Below, in pieces: positions 35,726 through 48,790 of a DNA stretch of 64,000 bases; within the stretch, counting starts at the first letter, position 1, and each line of letters opens with the position of its first letter. Location of the stretch: the NCBI GenBank assembly GCA_053919585.1, contig CM132812.1. One strand, 5' to 3'. The notes beneath the pieces were generated by a model, which saw only the letters and a list, made by a program, of their open reading frames with translations, was not told where the DNA came from and made no database searches. The DNA is from Euprymna scolopes. Its lineage: Eukaryota. The position numbers and the translations under genes are program-made.

Positions 35726-38700
35726 CTAAAGAGCCTCAGGGTAAACTACATTTCTGCTGCTTTGATTTGGAGCCAGAATGTAGAGTTTTTCTGAACTTCC
35801 TGTCCGGCTGATGGAGACGTAGAACATACCGTGACTGAAGCTATCTGATGTCAAGTCTACGCCAATGGTGTTAAATGTCTGACCTTGACTTTTGTTTATG
35901 CTCATTGCAAAACACACCTTCACAGGAAATTGGAGTCTCCGGAATTTAAATGGAAGTACTGAGTCCGATGGAACTAAGGGGATCCTTGGCAGTAGAACGG
36001 TTTCGCCTTTGTAGGGACCACAGGAAATGGTGATCTCAAGTACATTGGTGTGCAATCTGGTGATAACACATCTGGTTCCGTTTGTTGTTTTTGGCGGTTC
36101 CAAGGATCGAAGAATCATGATTGGCGATCCAATTTTGAGATTTAAAATGTGTGGAGGCATTCCAGATATCTCCAAAGAGTTTAAAAACTCCACAGGGTAG
36201 TGAACAGCTTCATATTCATTAGTAGCTGAATCAACTGACTTGTATTGCTTTGTGTCTCCTGGAAATTCATCCATTATTGAATTGTTCAAATGATTCACAT
36301 TGCTGTTTAATGGCGAAATAATAGCCCTCTCAGCAAGCCAATCCGGTGATTTTCCATTGTTTTGCAGGTCTTGGTACACTTTGTCTTTCAGTTGCTTCTG
36401 ATTACCGACACATTTACCGAGCGCAGTTGGAATCTTAATTGTGTCAGGTGAAGAAGTGATAGGAAACTGACCATTACCGATTTGGAGAAGCAATTTTGAG
36501 AAGTCTGCTGCAGCTGTGTTATCAGAGATATAGGCTCTCATATTAGTAGTCAGTCTCTTCACTATAACGTGCCTCCAGAGATAGGATTGTTTCAAACTTG
36601 CATTGACAATGTTAGCCCTTGTGCCATTTTTAACCACTGGGAGGATTTGACGGAAATCATCGCAAAATAAGGTTGGAATGCCACCCATGGGATTCTTGTT
36701 TCCTGTGATGTCTTGCAGTGTTCGGTCAATTGCTTCATAAGCACTCTTGTGCGTCATTGGGGCTTCGTCTACAATGATTGCAGAGGTGTCTCTAATTACA
36801 TTTGCCAAGGCTGAGTTACCAGTAATTTTGCAAACTGGCTGATCCATTCGATGAGTATCCAAGGGAACTTTAAAAGTGCTTTGAAGAGTGCGGCCACCTT
36901 GTAGTAGAGTAGCAGCAATGCCACTGAATGCAATTGCAAGCACAATCTTTCTCATAGATCTAATCTTTGCAAGGATCAAATTGATTACAAAAGTCTTGCC
37001 CGTACCACTTGGAGCATCAAGAAACATCATGTTTTTGTTCATTTCACCTTATGCTTCCAACATTGCCATGAAAGAATTGTAAACTTCTCTTTGAGAATCG
37101 GTCAGTTTTTCTTGCATATTTTCTGCTTGTAGGGAAGTTCTTCAAGATTATAAGTAACTCCACGTTGATACTCTCTCGCGAGTCTTTCATCTCTCCCTTG
37201 CATTGGTGCAGGTAATCCATAGCTTGCCAATGATTGACCGCACATAAGGAGAACTTTTTCTTCAATTAGACAAAGAGTTTTATTGTAGATGTCCTCATTA
37301 AAATCTGCTTCTGGATTGTTAACTTCTTGCCTGTATCTGTGAAGAATGTCTTCAGATATTACATCACGAAAAGCCATCCAGATCTCAAGAGGATTTCTTG
37401 GCTCACAGGCTGTTAAAATTATCACAAATAGGCTTCGCAAATTTGAAGGTGATTGAGTGGCACTTGCCTCTCCTACTGCTTGATGCAAGTGATGGTCATT
37501 TTCTAGAAGGCCTCGAGCAAGGCACGCTGCTCTGTATGTTTCAAACACCTGACCATTGTATGCTCGCAAATTTTGAAATGAAGTTGGACCAGCAACCTCA
37601 TTGAGCAACAGGCGTAAGAAATAACACTCCCCTGCTTTTGGACTAATCGTGTAGATTCTCCCAATGCATGGTGCCTTCCATACATCATCATTTTCAGTAC
37701 CTTCAACTTGTACCCCACGCATTCTTCTCATCCATTTCTTTGTCGATTTGTTCCAAGTGTAAAACTCAGGGACTTCTACGTATTTGAGACCCCTTGCAAA
37801 GTCATCCTCATGGCAGAGTTGAAAAAATGCTGTCAAAGTTGTGGCAGGCGGTGGACCTTGGGCTCGTTCCAGAGCAGTATCAGCTGAGAACATGACACGC
37901 TGCCCATTTTCAAGATGAACAGAAAGTTGTACAATTGGGGGGAAATGTTCATGGATGGGATGTTCCAATATCCTCCAGGCTGCCTCTGAACTGCCGACAT
38001 ACATTGCATTCTGGAACTGCTGGATCTCATCCACAATGTGACTTTGTACTTGGCCTTGTTGGTTAGCTGCTCCATCAGTTCTTTGTAGTTCAAACACTGC
38101 TTGATCACATCCTTTATTCACATATTTGAGGACATATTTGATGCTTTGGATCGAGCTGCAAATTTCTACGTTAATGTGAGCGTTGAACTGCTGAAGGAGG
38201 ACCTTGTTGTACGGAACAATCCACTGGTTTGTTATTTCTTGATTAACATACCGACCATTTCTCTTCATCCTTATTGTACCAGTCTGGCCTCCATCTTCTG
38301 GTTTTCTTCGCCTGTACTTGGGGTAAGAGTCTTGGCCTTGCTTGGTACACTGAAGAAATTCTTTTGGGTATTTTTTGGAACATTTGTTGTCAATCATACA
38401 TGGACAATTTGGATTAAATGGTCCACAAGGTCCATGCACCATATGTGCCATCACTTTAGCATGAAGATCAGGATCTTCCTCTTTGTCAGGGATCTCTGCA
38501 GATATGCAGAGATCCATTTTTTCTGGTAGAAGTTTGTCCTCTGGGGCCTGCCAGGTGAGGATGTGTGCATGCGGCAGTCCTCTTTTTTGATATTCAATAT
38601 TGTACAGGAAAGCCCTCAACCTGCCAAATCCTCCCTTTTTAATAAATTCAAGTAACTTTTTTAGCTTCTGCCGGAAACCCTGGCAACAATATCTGGACGA

Positions 38701-40436
38701 TCCTGAGGGTCTTGCCCTTGAAGACAATTTTCTGTAATTTCTGTCCACTTTGGATTTGTTGTGAACGTGATGAAGAGGTCGGCTCGGCCCATTCGCCGAA
38801 CATATGCCATGGCATCACTTTGACGCTCAAACATGTATCGAGGGCCTCCTGTATAAGTTGCCGGAAGTACAACTCGTTGCCCAAACTGTTCTGGATTCCC
38901 ATCCTCCCTAAGAATTGAATCTCTCAAGTTGCTATAATTGTCAGCTCTCGGGGTCTGTTGCTAACGCCTCAGGAACTGTAAACGTTCTGTTTCAATCTTG
39001 CAGTACACATCCACCAGCCATTGTTGAAATAGCCTTCGGTACCAGAGAAAATAGTTTCCAGGCCGAGTCATTAAATGGTACGAATAAAATTGCTGTTGGG
39101 TAACTTTTCGCCCATTGGATGCCTTCATGTAGATGTTGTAAGATGGAGAACCATAGGGGTACATTAACGGGTACATTAAAGTATCGTAGAGGGGATGTAG
39201 TTCGGAGATCCATTTTAATGTATCATTTCTAAAACGCAAGACAATATCCCGGTTAGCTGTTGGTTCATTCTCCATTAATATTCCAATCTCATACGTTGTT
39301 GTTGGAGCATTGAATCGCCGTGGATGCTCTTCTTGCGGCCTTCGGTCTTCCCTTATGACAACTTTATGTTCTACCAAGTGTTCTTCTTCAATCCTCTCCT
39401 TTGTTGTTTTCAGCTGACAAATAAAGCTGTTGTTCTCATGTAAAAATTCAGTCAGACTTTGGAGAATGTCTCTATTGAGTCTACTGTCACGTCCCCGATT
39501 ATGTAGTTCCTCTTCTAGACTATCCAAGAAGTAGACTTGAATAAACTTTGCTGTTTCATCTTCAGGTGGTAAAAGACTCCCAATCTGGTGGCAAACCTGG
39601 CCTCGAATTCTAAAAGAAGGATTCCACCCATGTACTGACGCAATTTTGTGACCAAATGATGTCATTGCAACACAATTGTTATAACTGCGTAGATTTTGCA
39701 GAAAATCTTTAGAGATGGGACCATTGCCGGAGAGCAAATCTTGAAGCAACTGAGGCAGTGGTGGAAAGCTATCAAGCACAACTTTGCCAGAAGAACAACA
39801 ACAACCAGGGGTTTCTCCTTTAAATTTTACAGCTGAGCAATGTTGACATACTTTGTCCATTTTTCCTATATCAGCTGTAGTGAGAGAGTCATTTTTGTTG
39901 TAGAGCAATCCTTTTCTATTGCAGTGTTCTATTTCATGGTGTCTCAAAGCAGTCATTCGTTGTCTAGCTGCCTCGTTTTCTGTCAATTGCTGGGGCAAAG
40001 TCATACTCTCTCTCCATGCAGCCTCTCGTTGTTGCCCTTGGTATAGGCGAAAGCTTCGTTGGGTTTCCGATTCATTCTGATGTCGTTGAGCCACTCTCAA
40101 CTGACCTTGTGTACGTCTACTTACCTCATATAATTCATTCGATCGTAATATTGCTTCTCTTTCCAGTGCATATCTTTGCCTTTCTTGAATTTCATCTTGT
40201 GATGAATTTAACCGCCTTACAGCATGTCTAGTTCTGTCAGCTTCACGTTGGGTTTCTCTTTCCAAATCTGACAGTCTTGCTCTCCTTTCTCTTTGACGTA
40301 TCCTGTTAAGTTCTAGATGTCTTTCTCTATCTGAATTGTTTTCATTGGAGCGAATTGCAGCAACTCTTAGTCTATTAGCTTCCAATCTTTCCATTCTTTC
40401 TTCCTCACTTTCGTTTCTACTTCGTTTGGGTGGCAT
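35726..40436 (-). pseudogene. Helitron Rep/Helicase (HUH Rep + Pif1 SF1 helicase), broken by a stop at ~38961 and frameshifts near 38680 and 37040-37110
   Basis: Zn motif CQHC..CCC; Rep motifs LFITFTTNPKW, IEYQKRGLPHAHIL, KYVLKYVNKG; helicase FLDAPSGTGKT, IIVDEAPM, DDFRQILPV, QFPVKVCFAMSINKSQGQT, FSHGMFYVSISR. Confidence 0.97.
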
Positions 40437-40571
40437 AATTTCGGTTTTAAACGGAATTGTTTAACGATATTAATGATTGTAAATTAATTAAGCGTAAAGG
40501 AAATGTATACTAACTGAAATGGACGAACTATAAATAATATTTCTGAATAGTACAATTATAAACAATTATAT

Positions 40572-41199
40572 TGTACCTATTTACTATGCCTCCCCACGGG
40601 ACAGAGTTAGACACCAGGGTCGTTTTTTAACGTGGAGAAAAGGTACAAAAATAAAAATTGTCTCAGTCGTGAAGGATTTCTCCTCCACCGAAAGAGAACA
40701 AGGAAATGAAGTGCAGCATCTGAAGAACAGATACTACACTTTGATCTTGACCAAAAGGAATGAATAAAAGCGACCTACGTGTGACTCATTACTTCCGGGT
40801 GTAAACGTCACAGTCTAAAAGTAATAATTAAAAAAAAAAGTAAATGTAAAATAAATGTAATACCAACTTAGGTTAACTAAGTACCTATTTACTATGCCTC
40901 CCCACGGGACATAGTTAGACACCAGGGTCGTTTTTTAACGTGGAGAAAAGGTACAAAAATAAAAATTGTCTCAGTCGTGAAGGATTTCTCCTCCACCGAA
41001 AGAGAACAAGAAATAGAAGTGCAGCATCTGAAGAACAGATGATACACTTTGATCTTGACCAATTATATTGTAGCAAAAATGAATAAAAGCGACCCACTTG
41101 TGACTCATTACTTCCGGGTGTAAACGTCACAGTCTAAAAGTAATAATTAAAAAAAAAAGTAAATGTAAAATAAATGTCATACCAACTTAGGTTAACTAA
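40572..41199. repeat. ~310-bp near-identical tandem duplication just upstream of the RepHel start
   Basis: gtacctatttactatgcctccccacgggac...taggttaactaa at 40572-40880 and 40881-41199. Confidence 0.97.
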
Positions 41200-44100
41200 T
41201 ATATGTAAACAATACAATTAAAACAGTTCTATTAAAACAAATAATTACTAAGATCTAGGTAATTGTTAGTCTCATTGTTATGGTTTTAAAGAAAAAAATG
41301 TGTAAAAAAAAGTTCTGCTTTTGTGAGTACGTGTATTTCTTTTAAATTACATAACCTTTTTATTTTATTATTTATATCTCTTTTAAATTTATATATTTTG
41401 TTAGTAAACTGGAAGAAATTCAGTTGAATAAAACCTTGTTCGTGTTCTTTACGTTAAACTCATATTTTTATAAAAGGTTCATCCGGTTTAAAGAAAGCAC
41501 TAAGTTTAAATAAGACTGGAAATAACTAATTCAATATATAAATAGAAAAATGAAATAAATATAAGCTTTAAGTCTTAAGATAGTAATAATCAAAATGTAA
41601 TAAATTATTTGTAGTTCAAATCTATGATAAACAGGCTTTCGAAATAGGCTCGACCAGAAAGATTAAATTGGAACGAAATTATAATCTCCGTGCCATTTTC
41701 AAAACAACCCCACAAAAGTAACGATATCCTGCAGTTGGTTAAATGACAATGGTTGTAAGAAAAATGTAAAAGAAAATGCGCTTATCTGTTTATTTTGACC
41801 TGTTTTATTTAATTAAAAAAAAATTGGCTATAACTGGAAGAGAGCGTTATGTTTTCGGGGTTGTTTAAAAAATAGAATGGAAATAAAGTTAGTTCCGTTT
41901 TAATTGTGTTTAATTGCGGCAAGCGCTAACAAAATCGAAAAATCACTGTTTACATTCGAAATGTTAACTTTTATAGGTTTACAGGTTTGCTGACAAGGCT
42001 GGGGGTGTTTAATACAATTATTTTACTAAATTGATTTTTTTCATTTAAAAATAAAATTATTTCTTTTTTAATAAAGTTTTATTTTAAAATATTTGTTTTT
42101 GTTTATTTATATAAAATTACGATAGTTGAATTGTATTCTTTCAATTATATTGGCAAGTAAAATATAAAAGATTAAAACGGAACGAAATTGAAATTTCCAT
42201 TACATTTTCAATACAATCCCAAAACATAAAGCTTTGCTCGCCAATGAATTGTTTTGATAATATACGTAAAGTGAAATAAATCGAATATAAAATTAAATGA
42301 AAATATATTAAATAATTAAATGTTAAATAGATTTTGTAAATAATACAGTTGAAATGATTAGAATATTTCCAATATGTAATAAGGTCGAGGTAATTAGTTA
42401 AAGAGATTTAATATAATGTGATATGCAAATGAGCATAAGTCATTCGATATGGGGGTGGTTTGTAGACTAGTATATAAAGAAATTAGGCAAAGATTCTTAT
42501 GTCTCCTATAACAGAAGATTCCTAAAATGGGTTCTAATGTTTCTCTACCAGGAGAGATCTACCCTCTTACCTCCTTTATATTTCGTTGATGATGGAGAGC
42601 TGTACACACAGACAGAAACACACGAACNNNNNNNNNNNNNNNNNNNNNNNNNNNNNNNNNNNNNNNNNNNNNNNNNNNNNNNNNNNNNNNNNNNNNNNNN
42701 NNNNNNNNNNNNNNNNNNNNNNNNNNNNNNNNNNNNNNNNNNNNNNNNNNNNNNNNNNNNAAAAGTAAGAAAAAATGTTGAATTTCTACGAGGTTTTTAA
42801 TAGTGTTCAATTAAAAAACACAGGATATTATTTTATTCAAGTTAATAAACAAAATTACCATAAGTAACTACAATAATGTATTGTTTCATTTTTTTAAGCT
42901 TATCGTCATTCGACAATATGCCCCTGATCATGAAGACCGATTATAAAAATAGAAATAAAAGATAAAAAAGAAAATGTTAGAGAGAAATAATTGACTTTTC
43001 AAGATGACGTAGGCGTTAGTTTTGTCACTTTTTAATGAAATCGACTGTCGTAACATAAATTATATTGGGACAACCACGTGTGGCATGCGAACAAATCCGC
43101 CAATTGAATGCAAAATATTCAAACGGAAATGGAAGGCAACAAAGCCTTTACAATTATCTAATTATTATTCGTCAAGAGTTAATGTTTATTTATGACTAGA
43201 TGTTTTTACCAGTGTTTTAATGTAATCCTGGTTAAATCTGTCGATATGACTTAGTCTGAAGTGAAAAAAAAAACTATTTAATTTTAAATGTTATTAAAAT
43301 TGATTAAGAAATCCCTCATAACCATTAAATATTCATTCTACATGCATACACACATATACCTGATGATTGCAACGTCTTGTCAGACGAGTGCCACTCCCTC
43401 ACACACTTAATGTCCATGAGCCCAGAAATTACTTTTTTTTTTCTTAGTCCTACTGGTGAATTCACACGCTCACGCAGGCATGATACTGAAGACAGTCATT
43501 GAGATCAATTATTACATGTTTCCAGCATTTCAAGCCTCCATGCGTCATAACTTTTCCATCGCCACGGGACCATTTTTATAGACAAATGCCTGAGGGAGTA
43601 TTTATACACAGGTGATGTTACAGAATCTTAGCTTTGTTCGACAGCTAAGTCTCTCTCTCGGTTCAACATGTTGAGATCCAGCAACAAGCAAGAGCAAGAT
43701 AGCCAGTTAAACTGCATACCAGCTTAATGCGGGTACTGGTCTCCCGTTTTATGGTTTTATAAATCAGAGATTTGCTTCTCCTAGAAAGGTTGCCTTCACC
43801 ACGGCTCATGGGAGCCCTCTCCACCCTAACATACAAACAAACATCGTGCAAGTTGGCCGTTGACCCCGAAAAAGGGTTCATTCGCACTTTGGAAGGTCTT
43901 GTTTTTAATCCTTCAAGAAGACTAGCCACCCTCCTCACCAAACAAGTCTGATGGGGGAACCAGTTTAGTCGCCGGTGACCCGACCGTGACGCAGGTAGTA
44001 CTGGGGTACATGGTACCAGTGGCANNNNNNNNNNNNNNNNNNNNNNNNNNNNNNNNNNNNNNNNNNNNNNNNNNNNNNNNNNNNNNNNNNNNNNNNNNNN

Positions 44101-44373
44101 NNNNNNNNNNNNNNNNNNNNNNNNNNNNNNNNNNNNNNNNNNNNNNNNNNNNNNNNNNNNATTGCCAAAAATCGATCGTGTAAAAGGGGGAACTTATGTT
44201 TTATCACAGGCAAATTCAGCATTTTTAGATATTTTAAATGTTTAATAATGTGGAAATACACGAATAAAAAAGTGTGTTTTTGGTCTGATAAAAATGATCA
44301 CAAGTTTCAATGCCTTCATTTTTTTCCATAATAAATGATAAATCTTATTTGATTATTACATTTTAATAACACA

Positions 44374-45036
44374 TCTCTACTATTATATAAATGGAAATTT
44401 GTTTGTGCATATGTGTATGAGGTACTTTGTCCCCTATGACTACCTAAACGGCTGGGCCAATTCATCAGAAATTTCAGAAGAATGTACTTTATCTGGCCGA
44501 TAGTGTTCGTAGATATGTTTTGTATTCGTGTGTCTTAGATAACTACCGAGCGCAGATAATCGTAATAACTTGAAGAAAGAAGAAACATGCGATTTTGACC
44601 AAGGTTCATACCTCATACAGCCTAACATCACAAGTGCTTTTGAGAGGTTTTATTACCATTCAAGACAAAATACCCAACGGACAAAAATCAATGTTAGGTT
44701 CTTTTGTTTAAAACAAAACTCAACCATGATAATTGAATTTTTCATTTGAAACTTTCATTCATACCGTTGTATATGAAAATAATTATATAACATCAACAGT
44801 AGGTTCTCTACAGTGCAATGAGGACTTTGGAATACTATCGACTAAATCAATGAGAGAAGGCATGGGAAGCTTCTTCCCTGTGCAGTGGGAAAATCTCTCA
44901 ATTTGAGCAGGCAATCAATCGATTTGATTGAAATAAAATGGCCGATTCCACCGATTGTCATAACAATATAAATATGGCGGTATGTAACATTCGTTGATCA
45001 TCAATAAGTCTTTGGAACCGTCGGATCTCCCAGCTA

Positions 45037-45037
<1 letters not shown>
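44374..45037 (+). mobile_element. Non-autonomous Helitron
   Basis: A|TCTCTACTATTATATAAATGGAAATTTG..aaacggctgggccaatt.. and ..ggatctcccagCTAG|T; hairpin degenerate. Confidence 0.75.
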
Positions 45038-45097
<60 letters not shown>

Positions 45098-45100
<3 letters not shown>

Positions 45101-45460
45101 GTTTAAAGAAAAAATAGAAAAAACCGAATGAAATTATTAAAAAATCAACGTTTCGTCCTTGTTTCAGAGGACATCTTCAGAATAATTGAAATAAAAATGT
45201 GAGAAAAGAAAAAGTCATAGATCGTGCGAAAAAAGACAGTTTTTAAATCCAACCCATGTCGGGAAAGGACGAATATGTGTGCGTATGGTCATTTCCCGAC
45301 ATGGGTTGGATTTAAAAACTGTCTTTTTTCGCACGATCTATGACTTTTTCTTTTCTCACATTTTTATTTCAATTATCCTGAAGATGTCCTCTGAAACAAG
45401 GACGAAACGTTGATTTTTTAATAATTTCATTCGGTTTTTTCTATTTTTTCTTTAAACATA
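45098..45460. ncRNA. Near-perfect palindrome (~170-bp arms) with a Penelope-type hammerhead core on each arm
   Basis: Arms 45098-45270 and 45288-45460 differ at about two positions; CTGAAGA-t-gtcct-ctgaaaca-aggac-GAAAcgttg at 45378-45412 and its mirror at 45146-45180. Confidence 0.88.
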
Positions 45461-45497
45461 ACGTCAACCACCGCTGGTATATTTTTTTTCATTCCTT

Positions 45498-45562
<65 letters not shown>

Positions 45563-45806
45563 GAAAGAGGACAGGGAGAGAGAAAAAGATAGATAGATAG
45601 ATAGAAACGCATGCATTGTTGCATTGAAAAATCGATTGCAATTTACATTTCATCGTAATTATTTGCAAAATGGTACAAAAATTATAAACTATATATATGA
45701 CTGAAATACAAAATTTTCTATACAAAATATTAGCAATAAATATAAAAAATATATATATATACCCCTTTATAATGTGCCCATGTCTTTCAATCGGTTTGCA
45801 AAATTA

Positions 45807-47111
45807 CGAGGTATGTCCAATAAGTAATAAGAACAAAAGTCAGAAGTGATAATATTTATTTTTCTAACCTTACAAAACTTTGTCCCCTTCAAAATAATGG
45901 TCACCCGCATCTATACACTTCGTTATGCGTATCTTTCAATCATGGAAGATCCCCCTCAAGGTTCTTCTTCGGTAGTCCCTTCAGGTAATTTTCCGAAGCC
46001 TCTTTCAGCTCCGCTGTTGACTGAAATTTAGCTCCCCTGAGGCTGTTTTTCATGCGGGGGAACAGGAAGAAGTCGCATGGGGCTAGGTCAGGCTAGTAGA
46101 GATGGTGTTGTACCATTTTCATTTCCTTGTCGGCCATCCAGGTTGTCACCAGCGTTGATTTGTGGCATGGGGCACTGTACTAGTAGAAACACTACAGACA
46201 GTCTTTTTTCTCATTTTCTCCCTGAACCTTTTCAGAACAGTAAGGCAATACCCCTTAATGACAGTTTGATCCCGAGGAAACCATTTATCATTAATCAAGC
46301 CCTGGGAGTCAAGGAAAATATTGAGCATTGCCTTCTCTGGGTCCATTTAACCGTTGCATTCTTGGGCCTGAGAGAGAATGGGTGATTCCATTGGGCACTC
46401 TGGCGTTTGCTCTCAGGGTCGTAGGTGAAGACCGAACTCTCGTCGCAAGTCACTATCTTATTCACGAAACCTTGATCTGCTTCTATCATTTCAAGAATGG
46501 CAATGCAATATTCCACACGAAACTGCTTCTGGTCATCGGAGGAGATTTTTGGCACAAACTTGGCACAGACTTTGTGGATATCGATATCTTCGGTCAGAAC
46601 TGTCTGCAATGTGGCAATATCAATACCAACAACTTCTGATATGATATTCAGTTATCCGACGGACTTACATCACTAATCTTCCCACTTCCTCAAAAGTTTT
46701 CCTCCTTACGTGCCTTGTTCGGTGCTCCAGATTTGAGTTTATCCTAAACCTGTTCACTTCCTTCTGAAAATCTGATAAACCACAGAAAGAAACTTGACTC
46801 ATCTGTTCATCCCCATAGGCCTTCTTTTAACATTTCATAAGCTTCTTGTTTTGTTTTCAGAAGTTTAATATATAATTTGATGTCATAACGTTGTTCCTTG
46901 TTTCCCTGCATCTTGCCAAGAATTCACAGACCGGCAAACCTCACCAGGTCCAAAAACAAACACCGCCGCGCTCAAACCTAAAATGCGAGGAAGTCGACAC
47001 TAAATAATTTGTTAACTATATGTATATGTTCTTGATCATGAAGTAGCAGCTTGATCAAACATATTTAATGTCTCTTCTGACATTTTCTCATTACTTATTG
47101 AGCATAGCTCT
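45807..47111 (-). mobile_element. mariner element with decayed, internally deleted transposase
   Basis: TIRs tacgaggtatgtccaataagtaataagaa / ttctcattacttattgagcatagctctta; MQGNKEQRYDIKL.., KVCAKFVPK, IVTCDESSVFTYDPESKRQSAQW. Confidence 0.92.
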
Positions 47112-47198
47112 TACTTATTTCATAATATATATATATGTGTGTGTGTATGTGTGTGTTTGTGTGTGTGTGTGTGTGTGTGTAAGCTAGCCCCTAGGCAT

Positions 47199-48790
47199 TG
47201 TTCGGTCGTAAAATAAGCCTAAATATGATATTTTGATAAATGCAAAAGTAGTGTACACTGTATAAATATGATATGTATTTATCTTAAAGAATACAGAAGC
47301 CACTAAAGTAGTATCTAACAAAAATCACTTATTGGCGAATTCCATAATTAAAATTTCTGAATCCAATCAATCCGGAATAAATTTGTTTCGTTCCTTAGAA
47401 CGAATACCTTTAGTATTTTTGTTGTTCTTTTTAGTGGCACATTAATCACTCTCGCACCCTCAAAATTTATTGTTCACTAGTTACCGATCTTGCGACTTTA
47501 TTCGTCTTTGTAATTATGGGCTTTCATATTCTCTTCCACGTGTTAACATTTATAATCGATAAAGCCGTGCCTGCATCGAGTTGCAATTTCACTTCTTTAT
47601 TTCTGATTCTCGCCGTAACATATTTTCTTATGTTCTCTGTTGGTGAAGGGTCCATTTTTGCAGTTTTTACGTAGTTCACTTTTGCAGATTTTGCCCTGCT
47701 CACTTGCATCGGTAATATGTTATTTTCCTTTGGTACTGACATGCATTGTACCCATGAGGTCCTGCACATTTTCTATCAGAGATATTTTTGGAGTGTATTT
47801 TTTTTTATTTGAGCGATACCTGCTTCTTCTATTTTCAGGTATATCGACTCACTGCCAGGAACCGCTGACAATCTTCAAGCATTTTCTGAATCGTCAAATC
47901 AGGTTCTACTTTCAATTTATTTGGAGCACGTCGTCCTCTATTGGCATTTTGTGTGGTTATCAAACCTTGTGTCAATATTAGGCATATGAAATTGTTCGCA
48001 TTTAATGACGATAACGTGAAATCGTCACAGTGCTTATTAACTGTAGACGCAAAAGTCATATGGTCCTGACTCTCCTTATGTGTAAGATACACGCACTTCC
48101 ACTTTTTATGGAAAAACTTGTCTTTTGCCAGTATAACTCCATTAATAGTTTGGCTGCCTCGTGAAACAATAATTCATTGGTTTTTCTGGTAAAATATAGT
48201 CCAGGAATTAGTTATGTTCGCATGCACCCAACTTCCGTAGCAATAAACGGATATTATTTTAATCCGTCTATGACCTGCAATCAATCTTGAATAGGTCTTC
48301 AAATCTTCTGAAGTATGCCTGAAATGTTAGGTCATCCTCAAGTGCATAGTGAAATGTATCGATAGGTGACCATATCGCATTATGGTAAAAGCCGTACTGG
48401 TTTCCTCTCCGCTGTACTTTGTCATTAAAATATGCGTTATCAAATCATTTTTATCTGGCCGTTTTTTTTCTAGCTCTAAATATATTTTTTTAAATTCTAA
48501 TATTTGCTTGTTAATGTCTTTCCTTTTTCTTCCTGTTCTTTCTTGCTTCTCATCCATCTATTTTTTTTTTCAGTTGCTTCTCGTCGTTTTATTTCTGTAT
48601 TGTCAATTGTTCTCGGAACCTTCTTTCAAGTTCTAATTGTTTACTTTGTTTGAATTTCACCATTTCCAACATCCCTTGTTCAAAAGCGTCCTATTTGTTT
48701 TTGGAAGATTTAGAATTACTTAATATGACAAAATTTATTTTTTCAGAAAAAAACACAATTCGTTGATTTAGTTTTCCTATGGTGCCAACT
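47199..48790 (-). mobile_element. Gypsy LTR retrotransposon remnant: gag, aspartic protease and partial LTR
   Basis: TFQAYFRRFEDLFKIDC..RLLLRKLG..FASTVNKHCDDF..FICLILTQGL (gag); LQLDAGTALSII (protease); 47250-47320 resembles 50755-50830. Confidence 0.85.

Larger units (their letters stand above)
35413..41200 (-). mobile_element. Autonomous-type Helitron, decayed; 3' hairpin probably runs into the gap at 35412, 5' end uncertain (41.2-42.5 kb)
   Basis: Rep/Helicase coding region; minus-strand ..agctccgtgcgaag|NNN looks like the first half of a ccgtgcgaagcacgg-type subterminal hairpin. Confidence 0.9.

Noticed and set aside
42450-42481. Defined 5' end of the autonomous Helitron (or a plus-strand CTAG|T end)
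   Set aside because: No convincing hairpin before CTAG, and the minus-strand TC is not preceded by A; left unresolved.
43358-43395. Hammerhead at cctgatgattgc
   Set aside because: No stem II followed by GAAA.
43640-43720. 2A-like peptide (LAILLLLVAGSQHVEP on minus)
   Set aside because: It lacks the required D(V/I)ExNPGP motif.
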